From: a virus
Taxonomy: Duplodnaviria; Caudoviricetes
Strand: one strand, 5' to 3'
Length of the DNA stretch: 64,000 bases
Virus record (IMG/VR): IMGVR_UViG_3300036824_000037
Span: 1-64,000 of that record
Shown here: one piece after another, positions 18,339-27,707 of the stretch
How the letters are laid out: each line of letters opens with the position of its first letter
Position numbering within the stretch: the stretch's first letter is position 1
The notes under the pieces: model-generated
The model's database searches: none
Told to the model about the DNA's origin: nothing
What the model saw: only the letters and a program-made list of their open reading frames with translations
Translations under genes and position numbers: made by a program

Positions 18339-19180
18339 CGGGGCAGTCCGGCGTCCGCGAGGACTCGGGGTGTGGCGAGCCCGGCTTTGCGTGCGTCGTG
18401 GTCGAGCATCTTCGTCCACTGCTCGTACTCGCCTGCGGTCATCACCATCGCCGGGCGGCACACCCGGCAGCGCACGTCCCCGGTGGCGCGCCCGGCCGTG
18501 TCCACCTCCCATTCCAGCGCGCTCAGGTCGCAGACGGGGCATTTGACGCCGTCGCAGCGCTGCGGGCGCACCTCGGTGCTCTTGGTCATGGATTGGGCGC
18601 GGCGGTACAGCGCGAGCAGGTCGGTGCCGAAGCCTTCGGAGGCGTCGCGTTCGGGGTGCTGCGCGAGCAGCCAGTCCAGGTGGCGGGTCAGGAACGTGCA
18701 GGCGTGGACGATGGCGGCGCCGACGCGTTCCTGGGCCCGCCGCTTGCCGGATAGGTTCCGGTCGCGGCGCAGCGTGTCCTCCCAGTCGCCGAGGAACACC
18801 GCGATTTCTTCGATGGTGAGGGCGTAGGCGTCGCCGGGGTAGAGGGGGCGTTCTTTGCTGCCGGAGACGTGTTCGCCGTCTTCGGCGGTGGCGCCGGTGA
18901 CTTGCAGTTGGAGGAGTATCGCGAGGTTGGGCAGGTCGGCGAGGGCGCAGCGGATCGCGGTGGCGCAGGGGCGGCACCAGACGGGGTCGCCGGCGCGGGG
19001 GGTGAGGGTGTGTGGGGTGCCTTTGGTTTCGCGGCGGGTTTCGGCTGAGCGGTAGGCGGCGTTGCAGAATCCGGGGCACGCTTCGCCGGTCGTGGCCGGG
19101 CCGGGTTCCGGGAGCGGTTCGGGTTGGGAGTGCGGCCAGTAGGGCTGTGCGGCGCGGCGGTGGTCTCTGGGCATACGCAT
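18335..19180 (-). CDS. Zn-finger protein, candidate late-gene regulator
   Basis: CPGFC/WCRPC and CPVC/CRVC pairs; position before the late operon; coupled to an HTH gene. Confidence 0.6.
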   Translation of the reverse strand: MRMPRDHRRAAQPYWPHSQPEPLPEPGPATTGEACPGFCNAAYRSAETRRETKGTPHTLTPRAGDPVWCRPCATAIRCALADLPNLAILLQLQVTGATAEDGEHVSGSKERPLYPGDAYALTIEEIAVFLGDWEDTLRRDRNLSGKRRAQERVGAAIVHACTFLTRHLDWLLAQHPERDASEGFGTDLLALYRRAQSMTKSTEVRPQRCDGVKCPVCDLSALEWEVDTAGRATGDVRCRVCRPAMVMTAGEYEQWTKMLDHDARKAGLATPRVLADAGLPR

Positions 19181-19545
19181 CTCCCGGGACGGCTCTAGCA
19201 TTTGGGAGGGATGCCGATCGGGTGTGGCCGCCGCGTGACCAGCGCGGCGGCCGTGATCGTCTGTGGCGAGTGTGGGGCTTGTGGCGCGTGGGCGCAAACC
19301 CGTTCGCCGAGCGCGCGAGGTCCGTTGGTCACGTTCGCCATGTAGTGGGTGAGAGGTGAATCGCGGGCGCCGCCGTGGGGGGTTGGAACGGCGCCCGCTG
19401 GACCGGTGTTCTCACGGCCGTATCTTCGAGGCTACCCGCGCGGTCGCCTGCGCGCGGGGGAACTGTCCGACCGTTGGATCGCCGCGAAGACTGCGGACTG
19501 AAGCCCGCAACTTGGCGCGCAACCCTCGTCGGATAGGTTCGCCCG

Positions 19546-20106
19546 GTGACCGACACCGAACCCACCCGCTGGCTCGTCGAGGAACGCCCCCTGGCCGCGC
19601 CCGGAACCGGCGCGGACCGCCGCACCGAGCTCAGCATCGCGCACGTCACCCTGCCCGACGGCGTGCAGTTCGAGCAGGCGGTGCTGCGCGTGCACCCCGC
19701 CGCGATGTGCGTCCTGGTGAACGACCACAGTGAGGCGCTCATGCTGCGTCGCCACAGGTTCGTGCCGGACATCTGGGTGTGGGAGCTGCCCGGCGGTTAC
19801 CTCGACGTCGGCGAAGACCCCGCCGACTGCGCCATGCGCGAAGCCGGGGAGGAGACCGGGTGGCGCCCAGGGCGAGTCGAGCACCTGTGCTCGTTCCAAC
19901 CGATGACCGGAAACGCCGACGCACTCAATCACGTCTACCTGGGACTCGACCCGGTTCAGGTCACCGACGTGCTCGACATGAACGAGGCGCAATCCGTACG
20001 GTGGGTGCCGCTGTCCGACGCGCCCGCGATGGTGTCCGGGATGGTGCTCGGCGCCGCCAGCGTCATCGGCCTGCTGGCCGCGCGCGACCGGCTCGGGATC
20101 CGCTGA
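19546..20106 (+). CDS. NUDIX hydrolase (ADP-ribose pyrophosphatase-like)
   Basis: ELPGG...EDPADCAMREAGEETG Nudix box; leaderless start (TAGGTT-N6-GTG). Confidence 0.9.
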   Translation: MTDTEPTRWLVEERPLAAPGTGADRRTELSIAHVTLPDGVQFEQAVLRVHPAAMCVLVNDHSEALMLRRHRFVPDIWVWELPGGYLDVGEDPADCAMREAGEETGWRPGRVEHLCSFQPMTGNADALNHVYLGLDPVQVTDVLDMNEAQSVRWVPLSDAPAMVSGMVLGAASVIGLLAARDRLGIR

Positions 20107-21451
20107 CGAGCCCCGGCCGGCTCGCCGCCAAAGCCCGCACCGGCGCCGCGCCCCGGTAGGTGGTGATACGCCGGGAGAAGCCCGCCAACTCCTGCCGGGC
20201 GCGCGTCGACGTCAACTCGTCCGCCGCGCCCGCCGCCTCGGCCGCGTACGCGCAGCCCTCCTCCAACTCACCGCGCTCGACCAGTGCGGACGCCAACACG
20301 GTCAAGTTGAACGCGCGGCCGCGCTCGTAGCCGGGCTGCATCCCGAGTGACGCCCGCATCGCCGCCGCCGCCTCGGCCGCGTCTCCGGCGTCCAGCAGCG
20401 CCCGCCCTTGCTTCGCCGCCAGATACGCGCCGTCGAAGTACGCCAGCCACACCGGGCGTTCCCCGGAGTCGGCGTCCAGCGCCCGGTGTGCTCGCGCGAG
20501 GGCGTCGGCGCAGGAGCGCGGGCTGCCGGACAGGGCGTGCCCGTGCGCCTCGGTGGCCAGGCATTCGGACTCCAGCGCCGCGCAGCTGGCCCGGCGCGCG
20601 GCCAGGGCGGCGCACCGGGCCATGTCCACCGCGTCGGCGCCCTCGCCGAGGTATGCCGCCTGGCATGACATCGCCGCGAGCACCTCCCCGCCCAGGGCGT
20701 CATCGCCGCCCTCCTGAGCGAGGCGCAGCGCTTGGATGAGGTAGCGCTGCGCGATGGCGTGCTGCTCCAGGTCGTACGCCATCCACCCGGCCAGCAGCGT
20801 CGTCTCCGCCGCCGCCGCGAACAGGGGCCGCCCGACTTCGGCCGTGTAGGCGCCGTGCCGCAGCAGGGGCGCTACCTCGTCGGCGAGGTACTGCACGACC
20901 GTGGTGCGCGCGTAGCCGCCGCCGAACTGGTTGTCCAGGCGCCGGAACGTCGCGGTGACCTCCCGGATCGCGTCCACGCTGCCCGCCCCGACCCGCCGGG
21001 CGCCGGAGCGTTCGGTGAGGGCGCTCGCGGGGGCGGTCATCCACCGGATCGCGGGGACCACGTAGGCGACGGCGGCGTAGCCCCCGCGGGCGAGCGCGGC
21101 GCGGCGGTGGATGTCGGCGGCGTACAGGTCCCGCGCCGCGTCCAGCGCCGCGCCCGGGTCGGCTTCGTAGGCCAGGCCGAGGTCGGCGGCGGGGGTTTCG
21201 GGGCGCAGCCCGAGGTCCGCGCGCGTCACCCGCCGCCCGAGGGCGGCGGTGAGGGCGGCGGCGATCAGGTCGGGGACGGGGCCTCGGGGTTGTTCGCCGC
21301 GCAGCCACCGGGCGACGGAGGCGTGGTTGTAGGCGGGCCGGGGTAGTCCGCGGGCGGCGGCGAGGCGGGTGACGTGGTGGGCGAGCGCGGCGTGGGAGAT
21401 GCCCGCTTCGGCCAGGTGCGCGGCCAGGTTCGTGTTCGGGGTCGTCGGCAT
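20063..21451 (-). CDS. HTH + TPR-like actinomycete transcriptional regulator (NsdA-like)
   Basis: YNHASVARWLRGEQP, LDNQFGGG, LAGWMAYD and AQRYLIQAL motifs. Confidence 0.8.
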   Translation of the reverse strand: MPTTPNTNLAAHLAEAGISHAALAHHVTRLAAARGLPRPAYNHASVARWLRGEQPRGPVPDLIAAALTAALGRRVTRADLGLRPETPAADLGLAYEADPGAALDAARDLYAADIHRRAALARGGYAAVAYVVPAIRWMTAPASALTERSGARRVGAGSVDAIREVTATFRRLDNQFGGGYARTTVVQYLADEVAPLLRHGAYTAEVGRPLFAAAAETTLLAGWMAYDLEQHAIAQRYLIQALRLAQEGGDDALGGEVLAAMSCQAAYLGEGADAVDMARCAALAARRASCAALESECLATEAHGHALSGSPRSCADALARAHRALDADSGERPVWLAYFDGAYLAAKQGRALLDAGDAAEAAAAMRASLGMQPGYERGRAFNLTVLASALVERGELEEGCAYAAEAAGAADELTSTRARQELAGFSRRITTYRGAAPVRALAASRPGLVSGSRAGRARPAGR

Positions 21452-21701
21452 CGCGGCCGCCCCTCGCTTCCGGTTGCGGTTGCGTGGATGGGTTCGCCCG
21501 GTGGTGGGGGTGCGCCGCCTGACCCTGGCGGCGCCGGCTGCCCGGCCGGTTCCCCCTGGTCGCAGCGTAGGGATTGCGCCTGCAACGTGCACTACACGTC
21601 ACTCTTTCGTTACCGCCGGTACGTCTTCACGCCCCCTGCTCACGCCCCACCCGGTGACATCACGCGTTCCCGCAGGTGCGGGGCGGGTGGACGCTGCGTG
21701 T

Positions 21702-22201
21702 ATGGGAACAGTTCTCGCGCCCCCCGACCCCGTGTGCGCGCCGAAGCCGCCGGATCGCGCGCGGCACCGCATCGCCGCGATCGCGGAGGCGTTGCGTGGC
21801 CCGGACGTCGGGGGTGAGGCGCGGCTGCGCGCGGTCGCCGTCGCCGCGTTGGAGATGGTGGTCGGGTGCCTGTTCGCGCTGCGCGGGGAGCGCGCGGCGT
21901 TCGTGCGCGTCCTCGTGGACGACGCCCTGGCCGGGATCGAGGCGGCGCTGCGGGGTGAGGCGCCGTGATCTGGACGCGCGGCCCCGTGGTGGCGCACGTG
22001 TGGGGTTTCAGTGAGCGGGACCTGGTGCTCGCGCGGGCAGCGGTGCTCGCGGTCGCCAGGGACTCCGGGTATGAGGTCGCGTCCATAGAGCAGGTGCCGG
22101 TGGCGCCCCCGGCGCGGGGCGATGCGACGGCGCTGGCGTCGCATTGCTCATACGGGCAGGCGTGGGCGATCTACCCCGACGCGCGCGGGGATACGCGGTG
22201 A
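21702..22201 (+). other. Two small hypothetical CDSs (21702-21968, 21965-22201)
   Basis: Coupled ORFs divergent from the regulator. Confidence 0.55.
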
Positions 22202-22596
22202 ACGGCGGCGCTGGTGGCGGTGGCTGCGGGGACGGGCTGTACGTGTCCGCGCGCCTGTCCGGGCGGATCGCGGTACTGAGCCTGGACGGCGTCCTGGACG
22301 GAACGAGCGCGCCGCGCCTGACCGAGCGGGTCGCGGACGCGGTCGCACACAAGGCGAGACACGTCGTGCTCGACCTGACGGCCCTGCGCGGCGCGGACAC
22401 CGAGGGCCTGGTCGCGCTCGCGCGTGTCGCCAGGAGTCTGCGCGACGGGGGTGTCACGCTCGCGCTGGCCGCGACCCGCCCCGAGTTGGCGTACCGGGTG
22501 CGCCGGCTGGGCGTGACGCGGATCGCGACCCTGTTCCCGAGTGTGGAGGCGGCCACCGTGCACCTGCAGCGGCTGGGTGCGGGAGGCGGGCGTTGA
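22198..22596 (+). CDS. STAS-domain anti-sigma-factor antagonist
   Basis: LSLDGVLD...APRL...VVLDLTAL..ADTEGL..L...GV...FPSVEAA. Confidence 0.85.
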   Translation: MNGGAGGGGCGDGLYVSARLSGRIAVLSLDGVLDGTSAPRLTERVADAVAHKARHVVLDLTALRGADTEGLVALARVARSLRDGGVTLALAATRPELAYRVRRLGVTRIATLFPSVEAATVHLQRLGAGGGR

Positions 22597-22865
22597 TGGC
22601 GAAGTACTATCTGCGCACCGCGTTGGGTGGTGTGCTGCGCGAGTACCTGAGCGCGGAGGACGCGCTGCTGCTGTACGAGGCGGTGGACGCCAGGTTCAGG
22701 GTGGGCGGGCTGCGCGGCGGGTTCACGTTCCGGGGTGTGCACGAGGGGCCGTTCGGGCCGCTGGTGCTGCCGTTCACGATCTCGGTGGACCCGCTCGCCG
22801 ACGCCGAGGTGCCGGGTGAGGTGCGTGAGCGCCTCGACGCGCGGACGGTCACAAAGCCGAGTTGA
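22596..22865 (+). CDS. Hypothetical protein
   Basis: TGATG overlap with the STAS gene; MAKYYLRTALGG... Confidence 0.55.
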   Translation: MAKYYLRTALGGVLREYLSAEDALLLYEAVDARFRVGGLRGGFTFRGVHEGPFGPLVLPFTISVDPLADAEVPGEVRERLDARTVTKPS

Positions 22866-23109
22866 ATGAAGCGACGAGTATCCGGCTGGGCTCGCCCGCC
22901 ACGGTGATCGCGCTGTTCGTGGAGCCTGCGCGCTCGAGCAGGTCGGCCAGCGGGACCCGGGACACGTCGGGCACCCGCCCGGTCAGTGCCGGGGTGCGCC
23001 GCGGCGGCATCCGCGGGTCGAACTCAACGTCGACCGGGCGCCGCTTCGGGCTCTCGCCCAGGGCTGCCGTACCGACGGCGCCGAGGGTGACGGTGGCGGT
23101 CTCGGACAC
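22849..23109 (-). CDS. FxSxx-COOH family RiPP precursor-like peptide
   Basis: GGAGGAG RBS, 86 aa, leader VPDVSRVPLADL, C-terminus VASFNSAL-stop. Confidence 0.75.
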   Translation of the reverse strand: MSETATVTLGAVGTAALGESPKRRPVDVEFDPRMPPRRTPALTGRVPDVSRVPLADLLERAGSTNSAITVAGEPSRILVASFNSAL

Positions 23110-23150
23110 GGCTCCTCCAAACAGGCGGCGGACTGGGGCAATTATGCCGG

Positions 23151-23801
23151 TCAGCGCCCGAATGCCAACAGGGCGACCGTGCCGAGCGCGAACAGCGGTG
23201 AGATCAGCATCGTCTCCACCCGGTTCCCGGTGCGCTGCACGATCGGCAGCATGTAGTGCGCGCGATGCGGCCACAACAGCGGACAGCCCTCTTTCGTGAG
23301 GCAGTCGCCGGCGAGGTGCGCGAGCACACCGATGCCGACCGACCACGGCAGCCACCCGTAATCGCCGCGCAGCACGAACCACGCCGCCCCCGTGGTGACG
23401 GTCGCCACGGTCAGGGTCAGGCTCGGCGCGAGGTGCAGCGCCCGCACCCCGAACGCGAACAGCACGAACAGCGCCGGGATCGCGAACCAGATCCCGCCGA
23501 ACGCGAGCATGACCCAGGTGGCGAGCGGCGCGGCGACGGCAAACAGGAGCGAGTGAGTGGCGTGCCGGTGCCCGCCAGACATCCGGTGCACGATCCGGGC
23601 CGCGGCCTTGCTGACCGGGCCGAAGGTGTGCGCGATCGTGGCCTCCGGATGGTCAAGGTCGGGCAGCAGCGCAGCTCCGGCCGTGGCGAGCACCCCGGCG
23701 CTGATCGCGGGCCAGTGTGGGTGCACGCCCACGAGCGGCGCCAGGCACACGGCGCCCGACCAGGCAGTGGAACCTGACTGCGAGTGCGAATGGCCGAGCA
23801 T
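23151..23801 (-). CDS. Membrane-bound metal-dependent hydrolase (YdjM-like)
   Basis: H...LLPDLDH...GHRHATHS...HLAGD.LT..G plus TM segments. Confidence 0.88.
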   Translation of the reverse strand: MLGHSHSQSGSTAWSGAVCLAPLVGVHPHWPAISAGVLATAGAALLPDLDHPEATIAHTFGPVSKAAARIVHRMSGGHRHATHSLLFAVAAPLATWVMLAFGGIWFAIPALFVLFAFGVRALHLAPSLTLTVATVTTGAAWFVLRGDYGWLPWSVGIGVLAHLAGDCLTKEGCPLLWPHRAHYMLPIVQRTGNRVETMLISPLFALGTVALLAFGR

Positions 23802-24013
23802 CAGCGGATCCCCTTCGGGTCGTGGATCAGTTCGCGCAGGTCGATGCCGAACAGGGCGAGACGCACATGGATCGCTTCGAGGTCCGCGGCGGGGATGGAC
23901 GCGAGCATCCCGACGGCCATCGCGGCGTCACCAGCGCGCGCGGCGCCGATCAACAGCTCGAGCCGGGTCGCGGACGTGCCGTCGATCTCCGGCAACACTG
24001 TCCCCGCGCTCAC
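23801..24013 (-). CDS. Small hypothetical protein
   Basis: Translationally coupled on both sides. Confidence 0.55.
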   Translation of the reverse strand: MSAGTVLPEIDGTSATRLELLIGAARAGDAAMAVGMLASIPAADLEAIHVRLALFGIDLRELIHDPKGIR

Positions 24014-26046
24014 GCGAACTCCTTGTGCACGTACTTGGTGTTCGGGGCCGCGCCGCGCGCCGCCGCGTTGCCGGCGCGCACCTCGTCGGCCAGCCACGCG
24101 TGCACGGTCTGGCGCACACAGGTGTGCCCCTCGGACTTCAGGCGCTCGGTCAGGTCCGTGGTGCCGATCCCGGCCGGCCCGGCTTCGAACAGGATCCCGA
24201 GCATCCGCAGTCGCGCCCCACTCGCGGGCGCGGCCGGGTCGGGCAGCTGTTCGGCCAGTCGCGCAAACTCCGACTCGTAATCCTCCGGGTTGAACGGGCG
24301 CGGGATCGCCTTGCCCTGCCCGGTGGTGAACGTCGGCTTCGCGCCCGGCGGCGGCCCGACGACCGGCAGCCCCAGCAGCGCCTTGCCCGTCGTCGTCATG
24401 GGGGGCACCGGTCCGGTCCCCGGGCGGTCCTCCACGACCGCAGTCGCAGCGGGGCGTGCGGCGCCCGGGTGCAGGTGCCCGGCGCGCTCCATCGACCACC
24501 GCTGCGCGTACACCCCGCCGAGCACCGCCGCCAGGTCGTCCTCGACACCAGGGCGCAGCCAGGAGGCGGCGGCGGCGATCTCGTAGATCTCCTGAGGGTT
24601 CTTCTCCGCGTCGAGCAGATAACCCTTGCTGGGGATCGGGCGCGCACGGCGCCGCTTGTCCTTGGCCACGAGCGCCCCCGGGTGCTTGAGCCCAGCCACC
24701 ACGGCGGCCATCTGCGGGTCCTCGAACAGTTGCTGCGCCTCCTGGCGGCTCATGCCGCCACCCACCCCGATGACCAGCTTGCACAGCGAGGACAGGTCCC
24801 CCGAGCCGCCCATGGTCACGGTGGAGCGCTGCGCGAGCAGTACCGCGGCCACGGCCTCGGAGCGGCCGGTCTGAGCGAGCATCGTCAGCAGTTTCGTGTA
24901 CTTGCCGGATGTCTCGGCGTGCATGCCGATCAGGGCGGAGACCTCCTCGCCGATCACCACGATCTGCGGCTGGTGCGCGCTCGGGATGATTTTCGAGCCT
25001 CCGGCGCCGCTGTGCGCCCGGTGGTCGATCGCGGCCAGCGCCGCCTGGAGCATGAGCGCGGCCTCGGCGTCGGTGGTGGCGACCCAGTCAAGCACGGGCC
25101 GGTCGCTCTCGCCGCGCAGCCAGGGCTCGAGCCAGGGACGGGCGGTGCGGCCACCCTTCTTGTCGATCACCCAGACGACGGTGTCGACGCAGAAGATCAG
25201 CCGGGCGATCAGGACGTTGAGGAGCACGGACTTGCCTTCACCGGTGGTGCCGATGACCCGGGCGTGCACCTCCCGCAGCAGGATCTCGAGCTTCTCCCCG
25301 GTCTCCGTCAGGGCGATGTCGAACGGGTCGTTGATACTGCGCGGAGCCGTGTCGCGGGGGATCGGGACGATCTCGGCGAGCACGTCGCGAGTGGTCACGT
25401 GCACCAGCGCGACGCTCGCGGTCGGGCCCCTCTCCACCCGCACCCGACCCTCGGGCACGTCGAGCGCGACCTCGAGCTGCTCGAGAAGGCCCGCGATGCG
25501 CTTGACCGTCATGCCCTTGTACGCGGGCAGCCGCAGCACCTTCGTGTAGCCGGCCCGCCACACCCGGGTCTCCTCGACCGTGACGCCGGGGCAGCCGAAC
25601 TCGGCGAGCAGCCCGGGCCAGTCACCCTTGCGCCCCGCCCGGCCGGCGGCGTCCTTCGCGAGTTGGTAGCTGCCGCGCCGCTCGCGCCGGTCCAGGTGGT
25701 GCGCGAGCCAGTAGGTCGGCCACAGCGCGCTCAGCGCGAGCGCGAGCGACACCCCGGCCGGTTTCGTGAACGGGGAGGCGGCCTGGGTGTAGACCAGCCA
25801 CGCCGCGGCGACGGCGACGGCGACGGCGGTGTAGACCAGCATCCAGATGCTGCGGCGGGTCAGGGCGCCGATGGTGCCGCCGACGACCGCGGCGACCAGG
25901 CACACCGCGATGACGGCGGCGGGCTGGCGCAGGTAGGTCGCGGCGGCGCTGACGGCGTAGAGGGAGGCGGCGGCGAGCGGCGGCGCCGCCGCCTCGTGGC
26001 GGATCTGCGGGTCGTTGCCCTTCGGTGTGCTCTTCGCGGCGGCCAC
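24010..26046 (-). CDS. traB: FtsK/SpoIIIE-type plasmid transfer translocase (TraB-like)
   Basis: N-terminal TM helices, Walker A GTTGEGKS, IDKKGG, VVIGEE, GRSEAV...LAQR, C-terminal winged helix. Confidence 0.8.
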   Translation of the reverse strand: MAAAKSTPKGNDPQIRHEAAAPPLAAASLYAVSAAATYLRQPAAVIAVCLVAAVVGGTIGALTRRSIWMLVYTAVAVAVAAAWLVYTQAASPFTKPAGVSLALALSALWPTYWLAHHLDRRERRGSYQLAKDAAGRAGRKGDWPGLLAEFGCPGVTVEETRVWRAGYTKVLRLPAYKGMTVKRIAGLLEQLEVALDVPEGRVRVERGPTASVALVHVTTRDVLAEIVPIPRDTAPRSINDPFDIALTETGEKLEILLREVHARVIGTTGEGKSVLLNVLIARLIFCVDTVVWVIDKKGGRTARPWLEPWLRGESDRPVLDWVATTDAEAALMLQAALAAIDHRAHSGAGGSKIIPSAHQPQIVVIGEEVSALIGMHAETSGKYTKLLTMLAQTGRSEAVAAVLLAQRSTVTMGGSGDLSSLCKLVIGVGGGMSRQEAQQLFEDPQMAAVVAGLKHPGALVAKDKRRRARPIPSKGYLLDAEKNPQEIYEIAAAASWLRPGVEDDLAAVLGGVYAQRWSMERAGHLHPGAARPAATAVVEDRPGTGPVPPMTTTGKALLGLPVVGPPPGAKPTFTTGQGKAIPRPFNPEDYESEFARLAEQLPDPAAPASGARLRMLGILFEAGPAGIGTTDLTERLKSEGHTCVRQTVHAWLADEVRAGNAAARGAAPNTKYVHKEFA

Positions 26047-26086
26047 AGCGGCTCGCCTCCTCCCGGTGTTGCGTGGCGGATGGGTT

Positions 26087-27541
26087 TTAGCTGTTGGCGT
26101 CGACGTCCCAGTGGCGCTCGTTGACGCGGGGGTCGCGCAGGCGTTGCAGTTCGACGGCGTGCGCGGCCTCGAAGATGTGCTCGGTCTCCCCGAACCAGTC
26201 GCCGAGGGTCGCGGTCTGCCCGCCGACGGAGTGCAGGTGGTCGGTGACCAGGCGCTCGATGGGCTCCTCGTCGGCCAGCCGGGCGGCGGTCTGGGTTAGG
26301 TGCACGCCGATTTCCTGGTAGAGGCGCTGCAGTCCCTGGAGCCAGTGCAGGATCTGCAGGGCGTTTTCGGGTTGGAATCCGCCGATGTGTTCGGCGGCGG
26401 CGTCGATGACGGCGTCGATGGTGGACTCGGTGGCCATGCTGCTGCCTTTCGGTGTGACGCCGGGGGCGGTGACGCGGCGCCCGGGTTTCGGGGCGGGCGC
26501 GGTCGGCGCGGTGGTTGTTTTCGCGGTTTCCGCTGCGGGGCCCGCGGGTGTGGCGGGCGTCGGTGGGGTGGTTTTCGCGGACTTCCCCGGGGTTTTTCTG
26601 TCGGGCTTTCGCGAGTTCTTCTTGTGCTTCGGGGCGGGCGCGGTGGTTTTCTTCGGGGGCTTGGTTCCGGTGGTGGGTTTGGCTTTCCCGGCGGGTGCGC
26701 CGCGGCCCTTCCTGGGGGTGTGCGGCGGATCGGTGTGGGTGGTGGGGCGCGCCTTGGTGGTCTTGGCGCGGGCGGCGCCGCGGGCGGTGGTGGTGGGGGT
26801 GCGCGGCTGACGGTCGGCGGCGCGGCGGGCCGTGCTGCGGGTCCTGCGGGTGGATGCGGTGGGGGCGCCCAGGCCGCCGTGCGCCCGGCCGTGGCGGGAT
26901 CCTGCGGAGGCCCCGCGGGCGGTGGAACCGGAGCGGCCGAGGGGGCGGCGCACGAATCGGCCCGCACGCGAACCGGTACCGGCGCCCCGGGTCCCAGAGG
27001 TCGCGGCGCGGCGGCCGGAACGGGTTCCAGACGCGACGCCCGCACTGCGTGGAACCCGCTTCGAGAGGGTTCCAGTGGCGCCGCCGTGCGCGCGGCGCAT
27101 GGCACCGGTACGTCGCCCCCGGGACGCGCCGGCACCGGCGCCCGCAGTCCCGGAACGCCGGGTCACGGTGCGGGTCGCGGTCCGCTTGGAACCCCTCGCG
27201 GAACCCGCGCTGCGGCGGCGCAGCGCGGTCCCACCGCGGCCGGTGCCGCGCTTGCGGTACACGGCGGCACCGGCCGCGACGATGCCCGCGGTGGCGGTCG
27301 CGGCGAGAGCGGCGCCCGGGCCGGCGGCGTGCGCGAGGGTCGCCAGTCCTCCGAGTCCGGAGACGGCGCCGCCGTGCACTGCGACGCGGCGTGCGCTGTG
27401 GTGGCGCGGTTCGGTCTTCTCGGCGTCGGCGCGCAGCGACGCCTCCTTGGCGGACTCGGGTTCGGGTTCGGGGGTGCGCGGCTGCGCGGCGCCCTCTTCG
27501 CCGGACTCCGCGTCGGGGTCGCGTTCGTCGATCTCGGTCAC
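26087..27541 (-). CDS. Plasmid transfer-region protein with basic linker; possible internal start at 26437
   Basis: Hydrophobic segment, Arg/Pro/Thr-rich linker, helical C-terminal domain preceded by GAAAGG; directly upstream of traB. Confidence 0.6.
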   Translation of the reverse strand: MTEIDERDPDAESGEEGAAQPRTPEPEPESAKEASLRADAEKTEPRHHSARRVAVHGGAVSGLGGLATLAHAAGPGAALAATATAGIVAAGAAVYRKRGTGRGGTALRRRSAGSARGSKRTATRTVTRRSGTAGAGAGASRGRRTGAMRRAHGGATGTLSKRVPRSAGVASGTRSGRRAATSGTRGAGTGSRAGRFVRRPLGRSGSTARGASAGSRHGRAHGGLGAPTASTRRTRSTARRAADRQPRTPTTTARGAARAKTTKARPTTHTDPPHTPRKGRGAPAGKAKPTTGTKPPKKTTAPAPKHKKNSRKPDRKTPGKSAKTTPPTPATPAGPAAETAKTTTAPTAPAPKPGRRVTAPGVTPKGSSMATESTIDAVIDAAAEHIGGFQPENALQILHWLQGLQRLYQEIGVHLTQTAARLADEEPIERLVTDHLHSVGGQTATLGDWFGETEHIFEAAHAVELQRLRDPRVNERHWDVDANS

Positions 27542-27707
27542 CGCACGCCTCCTTCGGGTGCTGTCGCGTCCGCGGCTGTCGTGCTGTCGCGCCGGATGGG
27601 GATCGGGGGGTGTCGCCGCCGGGCGCCGCCGGTCGCGGCCCCCTTGGGCGGGTGCGCGACAGGCGACGGCGACAGGGCGCGCGACATGCCGGGCGACAGG
27701 CGCGGGC

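Noticed and set aside
167-26124. Long plus-strand ORFs (167-2491, 3141-5600, 8052-9374, 11703-12962, 23557-26124)
   Set aside because: Antisense shadows of well-supported minus-strand genes in high-GC DNA.
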